Assembly: GCA_964019335.1 (NCBI GenBank)
Contig: OZ025666.1
Span: 124,001 to 188,000 of the forward strand
Direction: 5' to 3'
Origin: Diplonema japonicum
Taxonomy: Eukaryota; Protista; Euglenozoa: Diplonemea
Length of the DNA stretch: 64,000 bases
Shown: in pieces, positions 1 to 9,264 of the stretch
Position numbering within the stretch: the first letter of the stretch is position 1
Layout: each line of letters opens with the position of its first letter
Program-made: the position numbers and the translations under genes
Notes under the pieces: generated by a model
What the model was told of the DNA's origin: nothing
Databases searched by the model: none
What the model saw: only the letters and a program-made list of their open reading frames with translations

Positions 1-2
1 CA

Positions 3-3000
3 CCCTCCTCACTGAACTACGAGGAGTCCCTCTCCACACTGAAGTACGCAGACCGCGCAAAGAAGATCCAGAACGCCGTCACCGTAAACAAGGACTCGAA
101 GAAGCAAGTCATATTTCAGTTGCGTGAGGAGATTAAGATGCTCAAGGAAGAGATCGAGAACCTTAGATCAGGAAATGCTCCGCAGGGCACCTTCGGCATG
201 CACCCCCATCATGATGTGCGTGTGTGGCGCGAAGACCCTTACCTTTTGCAAGTGGACCCCCTTCCGACTTTGAATGACCCCATCCTATACTGGATAGAGG
301 GGGATTCTACTTGCTATATTTCGAGCAATGATCACACCGAAAGCACGGCAATGCGGCACACGGAAGCAACCCCTGGCACACCCCTCGAGTCCGCTGACCA
401 CACCATCAAGTTGCCCAAAAGTAAGGGCGTCCATGACTTCCATGCACTCCTTGTGAAAAAGAACGAAGAGGTCATCTTGATACCCACAGTAGGAGCACCT
501 TACGATGGGAGGGTGGTGGGGCCCACGCCGCGTGCCACTGACGATGCAGCGGAGCTCCTTGTTGATGGATTGCAGGTGGTTGGAGAAGAGAAGCTCATGA
601 GCGGTTCGCACGTCCAGATCGGAGAGTACCAGTTTATCTTCGTGGACCCCGTCAACGCTGGTGACTGCGCCAGGTTTCACCAAAGGTGCTCCAAACTGGA
701 ACGTGCGAGAGCTGCACAAGACAGGATGGTACAGGTGACGGCAAAGAAGGTGCAGGGCATGTTGATCGACAGTGGGCTGGAGACGTCGATGCTGCCATCG
801 CGAGAGGAAGGACTCAGCACAAAGGGGAGGGATGGCGAGCAGATTCTTGTGAGGTGCGAGAGCGGGCCTGCTGTTTACGTGTGGCAGGGAGACACAGACA
901 CTGGCGGGTGGAACCGTGTGGATACCATGCAGGCAGAGCTGGCGACAGCAACATTGCTGGACAAGAAGAAAGCTGAGGTGGAAACAGGGAGGAAGCTTCA
1001 CACCATCCTATCGGGGACCGTCGTGATGGACAGCATCCCAGCAGAGTCGTCCCTGTGTGCTGACGGCCCGACGCTTGATGAGGAACACGGACCCCTTATC
1101 GTGAGGTCACCAGAAACAGGTCTCAAAGTGGTTCAATGGGACACAGCACTGCATAGGTGGGTCACTGTGTCAGAACCCGTTGCAGAGCTGACAACCAGAA
1201 ACTTGGTGCAGAATGCAGAGAGGCGTCGCCGGCAGCAGGATGCTGACAAGTACCGCGTCGAGATTCACGAGAACGTAACAGACCTTGACGGGGCCCGCAG
1301 GAAGATCTCGACTCTGACAGAGGAACTCGAAACGATGAAAGAGGAAATGCGCAGTCATCTTATCACCAAGCAGTACCGCGAGGACGAGTTGCTCAAACAG
1401 CTCACCGATAGGGAGAGGCTGCTGCAGCAACACAAAGCATCGGCAGTGTCCGACCAAGTCATGCTGCAAGACAAAATCGACACTCTCATCGAAGACTACG
1501 AAGAGAGGATCAACAAGAGCGAGTACATCGTACAGGACTTAGAGAACTCCTATGCCAGCGCCAAGTACGAATGGAGGAAAAACGAGACGCTTCTGGAAGC
1601 TGCCTTGGCTACCAAGATGAAGGCACACGAGTCTATTAACAAGCTTAAGGAGGAGGTGCAGAACACAATGATTGAAACGCAGCAATTGAAGACAGAAACA
1701 GAGAAGCACAAGCAAACTATCATCGAGAAGGACAACATCATCCTTAAGGTGCAAGAGGACCTTGCTGAGGCGGAAGGCCTGCGACGTGAAGCTGCATCAG
1801 GAGAAGTGAAGCAAGTGCAAGCGATCATAGACAAGAAAGACCTAACCCTTCTAGCAATCACCGAGGAGAGAGATCAACTAGATGGCAACCTGCGTAGGCT
1901 CTCAAAGCATTACCTCTCTCTACAAGAAGAGCTGAAGGAACAGCAGTCGAGACTCGTTGAATACAGGGAACAAATGGAAGCAGAACAAGAAACATGCAGG
2001 GAAGAGATAGACAAGGCACTGGTTCTGCAGAAAGACTGCGAACAGCTAAAAACAGAAAAGCAGGAGCTTATGAACAAGTTAAAGGCGGTCCTCAACGACC
2101 CCAAGAAGAAGGAACTGGAGCTCAAAGCGAAACAAGAAAACGAGGCTTTAAAGAAGCGTCTCGAGACTCTGGAACAGGAAAGAAAGCAAGCGGAAGGAAG
2201 CAGGAACTACGCGGAGCAGACAGCCAAAGGTGAAAAGCAGAGGGTCTCAGACCTACAGCAAAGGGTGAAGGAGACCACAAGGCAGTACCACCTGATGAAG
2301 GAGACCTGCGACAGGATGAACGACCGCTGCAAAAACGCTACGCAGCAGCTAGCTGTGCAGAAAGAAGAACTGGCAGCAGCGAAGGTGCAACTACTGCAGA
2401 TCAAGCAAGCCCCAGGATACATGACAGGCGCTGAGCAGAGCAGGCGGGACATGGACTTGTCGATACAACTGGAGATGGTGAGGGAAGAGAACCACAGGCT
2501 GCAGCAGAAGCTGGGCGACACACGTATGCTGTACGAGAGGTCGACGGAGTCGGGGAAGCAGATGATCAAAGAAAAATTAGAAGCAGAGGAGAGTCTGAGA
2601 AAGACGAAAAAAGAACACAGAGACTCACAAGCACAGTTGGCTGCTATGACATCCCGAGCCGATAGGCTCAAGGAAATGAGCCAGAAACTTCAATCCGAAG
2701 CACTTAAGAAAGTACAAAGACAGGACGATGACCCACCGCTTTCAGGAAGGAAGACACAACCCTACGGTCCGGGGTTCAACACCCCAAGGAAAAGCGGGAA
2801 CGGGTTAGGAGGGAGAAAGAGAAGTGTTTCTAACGATAAAATGAAAGTTCCAAGTTACGCAAAGCCTACAGGTGCGTGGATTGCAAAGGATGAAGAGTCT
2901 GGAGAAGCCCCCCCTCTGAGGAATACCTCCTCGCATAAAATCAGAAGCAGGAAAGCCAAAAAAGGCCGCCTCCCTAGCCCTACCCCGCAAAATGGAGGGT

Positions 3001-3107
3001 CTTCACCCCCACCGGTGCAGCCCTCCCCACGTGGCGCGCGGATCACGAAGTCCAGCAACGAGATTCTCAAAAAGAAGGATACCGCCATAAAACGAGAGGA
3101 GTATTGA
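3..3107 (+). CDS. Kinesin (kinesin-3-like), 5'-truncated: end of motor, FHA-like region, long coiled coil
   Basis: The frame from base 3 reads PSSLNYEESLSTLKYADRAKKIQNAVTVN (motor C-terminal motif), then an FHA-like segment (LLVDG..L.SGSHVQIGEYQFIFVDP) and coiled coils. Confidence 0.9.
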   Translation, partial: PSSLNYEESLSTLKYADRAKKIQNAVTVNKDSKKQVIFQLREEIKMLKEEIENLRSGNAPQGTFGMHPHHDVRVWREDPYLLQVDPLPTLNDPILYWIEGDSTCYISSNDHTESTAMRHTEATPGTPLESADHTIKLPKSKGVHDFHALLVKKNEEVILIPTVGAPYDGRVVGPTPRATDDAAELLVDGLQVVGEEKLMSGSHVQIGEYQFIFVDPVNAGDCARFHQRCSKLERARAAQDRMVQVTAKKVQGMLIDSGLETSMLPSREEGLSTKGRDGEQILVRCESGPAVYVWQGDTDTGGWNRVDTMQAELATATLLDKKKAEVETGRKLHTILSGTVVMDSIPAESSLCADGPTLDEEHGPLIVRSPETGLKVVQWDTALHRWVTVSEPVAELTTRNLVQNAERRRRQQDADKYRVEIHENVTDLDGARRKISTLTEELETMKEEMRSHLITKQYREDELLKQLTDRERLLQQHKASAVSDQVMLQDKIDTLIEDYEERINKSEYIVQDLENSYASAKYEWRKNETLLEAALATKMKAHESINKLKEEVQNTMIETQQLKTETEKHKQTIIEKDNIILKVQEDLAEAEGLRREAASGEVKQVQAIIDKKDLTLLAITEERDQLDGNLRRLSKHYLSLQEELKEQQSRLVEYREQMEAEQETCREEIDKALVLQKDCEQLKTEKQELMNKLKAVLNDPKKKELELKAKQENEALKKRLETLEQERKQAEGSRNYAEQTAKGEKQRVSDLQQRVKETTRQYHLMKETCDRMNDRCKNATQQLAVQKEELAAAKVQLLQIKQAPGYMTGAEQSRRDMDLSIQLEMVREENHRLQQKLGDTRMLYERSTESGKQMIKEKLEAEESLRKTKKEHRDSQAQLAAMTSRADRLKEMSQKLQSEALKKVQRQDDDPPLSGRKTQPYGPGFNTPRKSGNGLGGRKRSVSNDKMKVPSYAKPTGAWIAKDEESGEAPPLRNTSSHKIRSRKAKKGRLPSPTPQNGGSSPPPVQPSPRGARITKSSNEILKKKDTAIKREEY

Positions 3108-3607
3108 GAACAAGAAACATGCATGAACGATCCCTCCTCCCTCGCCCCGTTCCCGTGTGCTGGCATTTGGTTGCTTTTATAAATATCTCCCTTTTTCTCG
3201 TCCCTTATGGGATTGTGCCCCTTTCCCCCCGAATACTTTTTTGTTCTTTTTTATTTACTTTGCACTTACACATATCCTGTTCGCAATAAATTATCGCGTC
3301 TTTTTTTTTCTGCCCCCCCCCCAAAAAAAAGAAGAAAGTACGAACAGGCACCTATAAAAAAAGGGAAAAGAAAGAAAAGGAGAAGAAAAAAAAATCCCCT
3401 TCTTATTTTCCTTCACCTTTCGACCCACCCGCCATTCTTTTTTTTTTCTTCCCCTTTTCGCGTCCAATTTCTTCCTTCACTTTTTTATTGTACAAAAAAC
3501 AAAAAAAGCGTTTCCCCCCCTCTCTCCCTCTCTCTCTCTCTCTCCCTTTTATTCTCATTCTTTTTTTTTTAAAGTGTTATGAAAATACATATTCCGAAGG
3601 ACAAAAT

Positions 3608-5623
3608 ATGGGCACCAGCGGAAGCAAAGAAGTGACACAATGGAACACACCAGCAACGAGGAATATAACATGTGGTAGATGCGGTGAGGGTTGGGCAGGA
3701 GATGTGAAGTGTGCCACTTGCAGAGAGAACCTTGTGATCCCAAAGAAGTTGGTGAGCAAAGTTAATGCAGGCGACGAAACGACAGTTTTACTGGGCATCC
3801 CTTCTGAGTTCCCAATCGAGGCTGACATGGGAAGGCTCTTCATATACTGGAAGGGGATCGATTCCGTGAAAAAGAAACAAGTCTTTTTCACACAGAAGGC
3901 GGAGTACCTCGACATTCCATCTGCCATTATGGTAAACGACGAGAAGGGGAGGGTTCAATTCCTGTTCAACCCGCTTTCTAAGGTCGTCATCACAGCTGCC
4001 AAAAGGCTGTTCCAAGACCCATCGGACACAAAGGGTGTAGTTAAAGATATTTATGAGACTCTTGTCTCCGTTTGCACCTGGCCAAAGGGTGAGGAGGTTA
4101 ACCCAAACGGGCTGGAAAGACTGCGAATGAACGTTCTCACCCACGGGCCACAACGATTTTACACTTCCCTATTCAAACTTTCCAAACTGAAGTACCACCC
4201 CAACGAATCCAGGCTTAAGCTACAAGGCGGCTTTCCCATGGTATTGAACTTGACAAGGAGGGACACTGCTATTCTTCGAGACGTGAATCCCTCTCCCCTT
4301 ACACCATGTAAACCCCCACCGTCGTCTCAAGGCCTTTACATGTGGACACCCTGCTTGCTCAACATCATCTCGCCGCCTTTGAAGATGCCGGACTTCATTA
4401 GGGCCGACAAGTTGATTGCTCTTTCGTTTTTCTTCAAAGTCCCTCTCGTCGACCGCACGGATGTGTTGAACAAGACATCATGTCTGCGATTGAAGGGAAT
4501 GGACCCTCTCCCCTCGTTCACTGAGCTCGAAAATAGAAAATACAAGGAAACACCCGTCGCGAGCCTGATGGAAGATCGTGCGTTGCAGATTGTCAAAGAC
4601 TCGTGGGCGGCGGGGAAAAAAATTTGTATTCTGTGGAGCGGCGGGATCGATTCCACCGCAGTTGTTGTTTCTTTGCTAAAAGCTGTCGGCCTCCAAGGTG
4701 ATGGCCGTCTCCCAGCATGCCCGGTTGTGGACGGTGTGGCCTCGCCTGTCCTTTTCATTGGATACTCCCAAGCTGCTGTGGCGGAGTACCCTTGGTTCTT
4801 TGAAAACATCCTTGAAAAATACCGGAAAACAGGTGTTTTAGGATACATCCAAATCTCTGAAACTACACCAGTCTCTCTTCAGCTTGATCTGACTACTTAC
4901 CAGTACATCACTGGGGAATGTGGCGACCAGATGTTCGGATCGGATGTGATGTCAAACGCTTTTGACTTAACAGACTCGCAGGCTTGGGAATATTCATCCG
5001 CACCGAACCCGAGTGAACGCGAGCCATTTCTGTCGCCTTTTAAACTCGGTCTTGAAGCTGACTGGCGCGACACCTTACTGGAAAGCCTTGTTCTCAGCGG
5101 TTTAACATCCGCTGATGAAAAGCAAGATTGGGTGGAGTGGCTGACACCACAGCTTGAAAAGGCACCCTTTGCAATCAAAACCACATTTGATCTGTTGTGG
5201 TGGCTGAACTACACTTGTAAGTGGCAGCATGTTGTTCTTAGGATTTTCAATTTCCGAGAAGTCCTCACTGTGAAGCAGCTCGCGGGTGTCACGCATTTCT
5301 TCCGCTCGGAACCGTTTCAGCTTTGGTCGTTTGCAAACCACCATCTTAAGTTGCCCAATAAATCCAACTGGGCAACATACAAAGAGCCGCTCAAAGCTTA
5401 CATCAAGTCTTACACCAGCGACGAGGAGTACTACCGCAACAAGCTGAAGTGTGGCTCTCTCGGCTACATCATGCTCCAGAACGACACGGCAGAACATGAC
5501 ATCCTAGCTGTAGACTCCACTCTTGAGTTCATAAAAGCGGGCGCACACTCCATCAGCCCTTCACTGTTTAGAAAGATATACAACAACTCTGTTAAAGAAG
5601 CTTACCTTCGACGCATTCCTTGA
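3608..5623 (+). CDS. PP-loop (adenine nucleotide alpha-hydrolase / asparagine synthase-like) domain protein with predicted N-myristoylation
   Basis: First ATG after AG gives MGTSGSK; CxxC..CxxC near the N-terminus; ILWSGGIDST PP-loop; ITGECGDQMFG motif. Confidence 0.7.
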   Translation: MGTSGSKEVTQWNTPATRNITCGRCGEGWAGDVKCATCRENLVIPKKLVSKVNAGDETTVLLGIPSEFPIEADMGRLFIYWKGIDSVKKKQVFFTQKAEYLDIPSAIMVNDEKGRVQFLFNPLSKVVITAAKRLFQDPSDTKGVVKDIYETLVSVCTWPKGEEVNPNGLERLRMNVLTHGPQRFYTSLFKLSKLKYHPNESRLKLQGGFPMVLNLTRRDTAILRDVNPSPLTPCKPPPSSQGLYMWTPCLLNIISPPLKMPDFIRADKLIALSFFFKVPLVDRTDVLNKTSCLRLKGMDPLPSFTELENRKYKETPVASLMEDRALQIVKDSWAAGKKICILWSGGIDSTAVVVSLLKAVGLQGDGRLPACPVVDGVASPVLFIGYSQAAVAEYPWFFENILEKYRKTGVLGYIQISETTPVSLQLDLTTYQYITGECGDQMFGSDVMSNAFDLTDSQAWEYSSAPNPSEREPFLSPFKLGLEADWRDTLLESLVLSGLTSADEKQDWVEWLTPQLEKAPFAIKTTFDLLWWLNYTCKWQHVVLRIFNFREVLTVKQLAGVTHFFRSEPFQLWSFANHHLKLPNKSNWATYKEPLKAYIKSYTSDEEYYRNKLKCGSLGYIMLQNDTAEHDILAVDSTLEFIKAGAHSISPSLFRKIYNNSVKEAYLRRIP

Positions 5624-5701
5624 CGAGTCTGATTTTTTTTTTTTTTTTTTGTTTCCCCTCCTCCCCCTCCTTAATTTTCCTGAACATACATATCAGTCGA
5701 G

Positions 5702-6700
5702 ATGCATGCCCTAGGACTGCTATTGGCAGCAGTTTTTGCAGTGAACGAACCCTTGCAGGAAGGGTTATGGGAAGTGGTGTGTGGCGGCAAGGTGGATGCG
5801 ATACTGGCGTTTAGCAGTGCTGGGGATGGGTTCAAAAGCAGCAGCGGGACGGAGGCATGGAACGGTCTGAAGGGGATGATGGACACAAACGGGGCCAACA
5901 TGACGCTCATGAAAGACGGGCAAGAGGCCATTGACGCATGGTTTGAAACTTTTCCCAGTGTAATTGCAAGTGATTCCTGCACGCTGACACTTGGGAAAGT
6001 GAACTGCAGCGCGATGATACGAACTATAAACGACTCACTCGTTGCTACCGTCGCATTCAAGGACGAGCTCACGTTTACAATTACCTCTCCAACAGGGTTT
6101 CGAACCAATTTGTGGTTCGGTTTCTCAACTACACCAGAATCCCTTCAGGGGCGTGACATTATAGGAGTGTCGTTCCTTGACCCTGGGATCTTCATCCGAG
6201 ATGGCTGGGGTGCGGTTCAAGGCAATACATTAACCAGTGTGAGTGATGTTACTAACGGTGGATCCAATAGCATCACGCAAATAAACACCAGCGTCAGCAC
6301 TGAAATATCTTTCCAGCGAGGATTCGACACAGGTGATGCCCGTGACACCCCGTACCAAGACGGCGCAAAGTTAACATGGTTCCTCGGAACAGTCGACAGC
6401 GACAACTTCGTCACCATCATGGAATCCTCCTTTTTCAACATCACAATGATTGCATCTTGCCAAACGCTTCCTCCGCCTCCCTCCGAACCTTTTTTCTCTC
6501 TCACCATGATTCTTATCTTAACGGGCTCTTTTCTCGGGTTCATTTTGATATCACTCATAATTTTTTATCTCTGCATGACTTGCTCCAGGCCTCTTACTCA
6601 CTTTTCGGAATTTTCGCTGGGGGCTGGTGAAGTAGATTTCCAAGAAGAACAAAAGTTGGGACTCACCGCCCTTGAAGTGTCGAATTCCGTCACTATCTGA
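5702..6700 (+). CDS. Type I membrane protein with DOMON-like domain
   Basis: Signal peptide, WFGFS..GRDIIG..ISFQRGFDTGD DOMON-like motifs, C-terminal TM helix. Confidence 0.7.
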   Translation: MHALGLLLAAVFAVNEPLQEGLWEVVCGGKVDAILAFSSAGDGFKSSSGTEAWNGLKGMMDTNGANMTLMKDGQEAIDAWFETFPSVIASDSCTLTLGKVNCSAMIRTINDSLVATVAFKDELTFTITSPTGFRTNLWFGFSTTPESLQGRDIIGVSFLDPGIFIRDGWGAVQGNTLTSVSDVTNGGSNSITQINTSVSTEISFQRGFDTGDARDTPYQDGAKLTWFLGTVDSDNFVTIMESSFFNITMIASCQTLPPPPSEPFFSLTMILILTGSFLGFILISLIIFYLCMTCSRPLTHFSEFSLGAGEVDFQEEQKLGLTALEVSNSVTI

Positions 6701-6741
6701 TTATTGTTTAACGCCACCAAGCCACCAATTTGGTGGCAAGT

Positions 6742-6812
6742 GCGACCGTGGTCTAGTGGCATGATGGATCCCTCCCAAGGATTCGACCCGGGTTCGATTC
6801 CCGGCGGTCGCA
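6742..6812 (+). tRNA. tRNA-Gly(CCC)
   Basis: Acceptor GCGACCG/CGGTCGC+A, anticodon loop CT-CCC-AA, T arm CCGGG-TTCGATT-CCCGG, followed by a T run. Confidence 0.95.
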
Positions 6813-7418
6813 TATTTTATTTATTGTCATTTCCTTTGATCTCGGTGTTGCAATAAGTGTAAAACTTGAATTTACACTTAGCTTTTCAAGAATTTTTTCT
6901 TGACTTCATTTTATCTGAAAAAACACGCGATAAAAGAATGGTTTGAATTGCATTTTGGCGGAACTTTCGTGTGTTCTTCTCTTTTCTCCTGGGAAAAAAA
7001 GGAAGGAAAAAATATCATCGAGCCGTGTTGTAAAAATGTGTGTTGCTTGCTGTCTTCATTGACTTAGCGAGTGATTGGTTCCCTTGAATTTTCTCTCCAG
7101 CAGCGTTTGGAACATAAGTAGGTTCATAATATTCGATTTACTTACTATTTCCCCCCCTTTTTTCTTATCCTTCTCGAACACTGTCTTTCAGCAATCCCCT
7201 CTTGTCCGGACACATGTGAATGTACTTTTCATTTCCTTTTATTTTTGTAGAATTTTCTAATCTCTTCTTTTTTGGTTTAGTTTCTCTCGGGATGGAGACC
7301 GGGGTGGGTGGAATTATTCTTTTTTTTTTTTTCCCGCAAAATAAAAAAAAAAAACTCCAAGCACAAAAAGGGCCTTTGATTATTTGCCTTCTTCGACGTT
7401 ACACTCTTTACACAACCA

Positions 7419-7681
7419 ATGTCTGCAGCAGCTGGTGGTATGGTAGGAGGAGGGCTTGCAGGAGGACAGGCAGTGGCCGCGCCAGCAGCGCCAATTGGAA
7501 GGGTATTAGCTTTTTTTCTTGTAAAATAATATTGTTATCCAAACAGATACCTAAAAAGGTGAAGAGGTGCATCCAGAAGTCCTATGCAGACCTCAACAAC
7601 AACATTGCCAACATGGAACAGAAGAATATGAACCTAAAATCCGGCTACTCTTCTGCTCAGAGAGAATACGCGTCTTCTTAG
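7419..7681 (+). CDS. Small hypothetical protein (~72 aa), two exons (intron 7503-7546)
   Basis: ATG 7419, then a GT..AAACAG 44-nt phase-0 intron joins MSAAAGG..PIGR to IPKKVKRC..YASS*. Confidence 0.5.
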
Positions 7682-7919
7682 GGTCGGCCGAGTGAACCCT
7701 TCACTCCCTCTCCCTTTTCTTCGTTCCTCATTTCCCCTCCCACAAGTATCGATTGGATGTTGATGCCTTTCGCAATTACACGCGAAGCGTAAGTTGGTGA
7801 AGTGTCCCCCACCTTTTTTCTTCAAGTTTTCTATTTTTAATCTGCACTTTTTCCTATGAAACATCGAGACTTAATAAAAAGAAACTGAGAAGAGAATGAG
7901 AGAATCATGAACCTTTGAA

Positions 7920-7991
7920 GGTGGTCACAGCTAGTGGCAGCCCCAGCGACCCTCCATGGATCTGACCACCCGTTCCGACTCACCCAGATCA
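7920..7991 (+). ncRNA. H1: single-hairpin AGA-box H/ACA-like snoRNA, predicted LSU Psi2944 equivalent (yeast snR37 site)
   Basis: Stems GGTGGTC/GAC(T)CACC and GTGGCAG/CTG(A)CCAC. Pocket CAGCT + CGTTCC pairs with LSU GGAACG-UG-AGCUG; AGA (7986-7988) lies 15 nt from the pocket. Confidence 0.85.
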
Positions 7992-8022
7992 CACCAGTTA
8001 TTTTTCTTTCCTCAAGGAGAAA

Positions 8023-8123
8023 ATGATGAAAATATATTCTGTCAGTGCTGGCACCAGAGCAGAGCTGCAGAGGGGTAGCACCCTTTGTGACCATGAGCAC
8101 ATTTTTTAAATTATCGCTGCTGA
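8023..8123 (+). ncRNA. C1: box C/D snoRNA, guide to SSU helix 18 (UCUGGUGCCAGCA)
   Basis: Box C ATGATGA 8023-8029; antisense TGCTGGCACCAGA 8046-8058 before D' CAGA; box D CTGA 8120-8123. Confidence 0.85.
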
Positions 8124-8175
8124 AATAATGGAAAATTTTGAAATAAGAATTAGAAAAAAATTGAGATACTTTACA

Positions 8176-8245
8176 CCACGGGGTGCAATTCTGCTGGGCC
8201 GAACGACCTCATGTTCCTCATCAGCGGGAAACACCCCGGAGATGA
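8176..8245 (+). ncRNA. H2: single-hairpin AGA-box snoRNA, predicted LSU Psi960 equivalent (yeast snR8 site)
   Basis: Stem CGGGGTG/CACCCCG, upper stem GCTG/CAGC. Pocket (GCA)ATTCT + GGGAAAC pairs with GUUUCCC-UC-AGGAU; AGA at 8240-8242. Confidence 0.82.
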
Positions 8246-8272
8246 GGAGGAGGGGTTGTGAAGAAGGCGAGA

Positions 8273-8366
8273 ACAACGAGTGATGACCAACACGAGGCAT
8301 TTGTCTGAACACCTTTTTGCGACGATTATAAAAACGTATTCTACCTTAACTTATCGCTGACGTTGT
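8273..8366 (+). ncRNA. C2: box C/D snoRNA, predicted LSU Am2281 equivalent (snR13/U15 site)
   Basis: Terminal stem ACAACG/CGTTGT; C GTGATGA 8280; guide ACGAGGCATTTG 8292-8303 antisense to CAAAUGCCUCGU; D' CTGA 8305; D CTGA 8357. Confidence 0.9.
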
Positions 8367-8440
8367 GTTGCCGAAATGGGGTATTGCTTTTGGTGTTTTT
8401 TTTTTTTTTTTTTTTTGTTTTGTTTTTGAAAGATAGGCGA

Positions 8441-8543
8441 ATGACGAGACACAAACCATGACTCCAGACAGGTTGCGATGTGACAATCTCAGCCTCATGC
8501 TTGAAACCGATCGAGTCAAACAAGTGCAGGATCAACCACCTGA
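8441..8543 (+). ncRNA. C3: box C/D snoRNA, guide to SSU 5' end (predicted Um8)
   Basis: C ATGACGA (ATGATGA in the copies at 44579 and 46478); GCAGGATCAACCA 8526-8538 antisense to UGGUUGAUCCUGC; D CTGA 8540. Confidence 0.87.
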
Positions 8544-8603
8544 CTTTCCTTCCTTTCTATTTCCTGTGTTGCTCATAAGACCAATATACCCCACAAAGGC
8601 TAG

Positions 8604-8704
8604 CTGATGACAAACCATATTTCTATATTTCACCTCTGACGCTTTGAGGGGTCTGCCCGAAAGGGTGGGCTCAGTTTGAAAATACAAATTTTTCGTCTCA
8701 CTGA
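8604..8704 (+). ncRNA. C4: box C/D snoRNA, target uncertain
   Basis: C CTGATGA 8604; TATTTCACCT before D' CTGA 8636; internal GAAA-tetraloop hairpin; D CTGA 8701. Confidence 0.75.
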
Positions 8705-8748
8705 CAATGCCATTTCTACTCTGGCCTCATGGCACCCCTCTCTTCCCT

Positions 8749-8845
8749 GTGATGATAATGCACTCCGTTTATCTTTGTAGGTTGGGACAACTGAGCACCT
8801 TGTGTGTTGAAGATGCTGCATCAGGATTATTATCTAAACAACTGA
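8749..8845 (+). ncRNA. C5: box C/D snoRNA, predicted LSU Cm2337 equivalent (snR64/U74 site)
   Basis: C GTGATGA 8749; GTAGGTTGGGACA 8777-8789 antisense to UGUCCCnnnCUAC; D' CTGA 8791; D CTGA 8842. Confidence 0.82.
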
Positions 8846-8893
8846 GAAGGAGCAACAAGAGCGGAGGCCTTTTTGACCGACATGAACCTTGAA

Positions 8894-8965
8894 GGTGGTC
8901 ACAGCTAGTGGCAGCCCCAGCGACCCTCCATGGATCTGACCACCCGTTCCGACTCACCCAGATCA
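8894..8965 (+). ncRNA. H1 AGA-box snoRNA copy
   Basis: Same sequence as 7920-7991. Confidence 0.85.
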
Positions 8966-9029
8966 CACGTGTTCTATTTTTCTTTTGTGGAAATATATCT
9001 CAGTTTTTTTTTCTTTCCTCAAGGAGAAA

Positions 9030-9129
9030 ATGATGAAAATATATTCTGTCAGTGCTGGCACCAGAGCAGAGCTGCAGAGGGGTAGCACCCTTTGTGACCA
9101 TGAGCACATTTTTAATATTCCGCTGCTGA
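9030..9129 (+). ncRNA. C1 box C/D snoRNA copy
   Basis: Boxes and D' guide as in 8023-8123. Confidence 0.85.
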
Positions 9130-9166
9130 AATAAAAAAAAGAAAATTGAGATATTTTTTCAAGACA

Positions 9167-9236
9167 CCACGGGGTGCAATTCTGCTGGGCCGAACGACCT
9201 CATGTTCCTCATCAGCGGGAAACACCCCGGAGATGA
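9167..9236 (+). ncRNA. H2 AGA-box snoRNA copy
   Basis: Same sequence as 8176-8245. Confidence 0.82.
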
Positions 9237-9264
9237 GGAGGAGGGGTTGTGAAAGAAGGCGAGA

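Noticed and set aside
7837-8966. Short ORFs across the snoRNA arrays (also at 42.9-47.1 kb)
   Set aside because: They recur only because the RNA genes repeat, and homopolymer indels shift their frames between copies.
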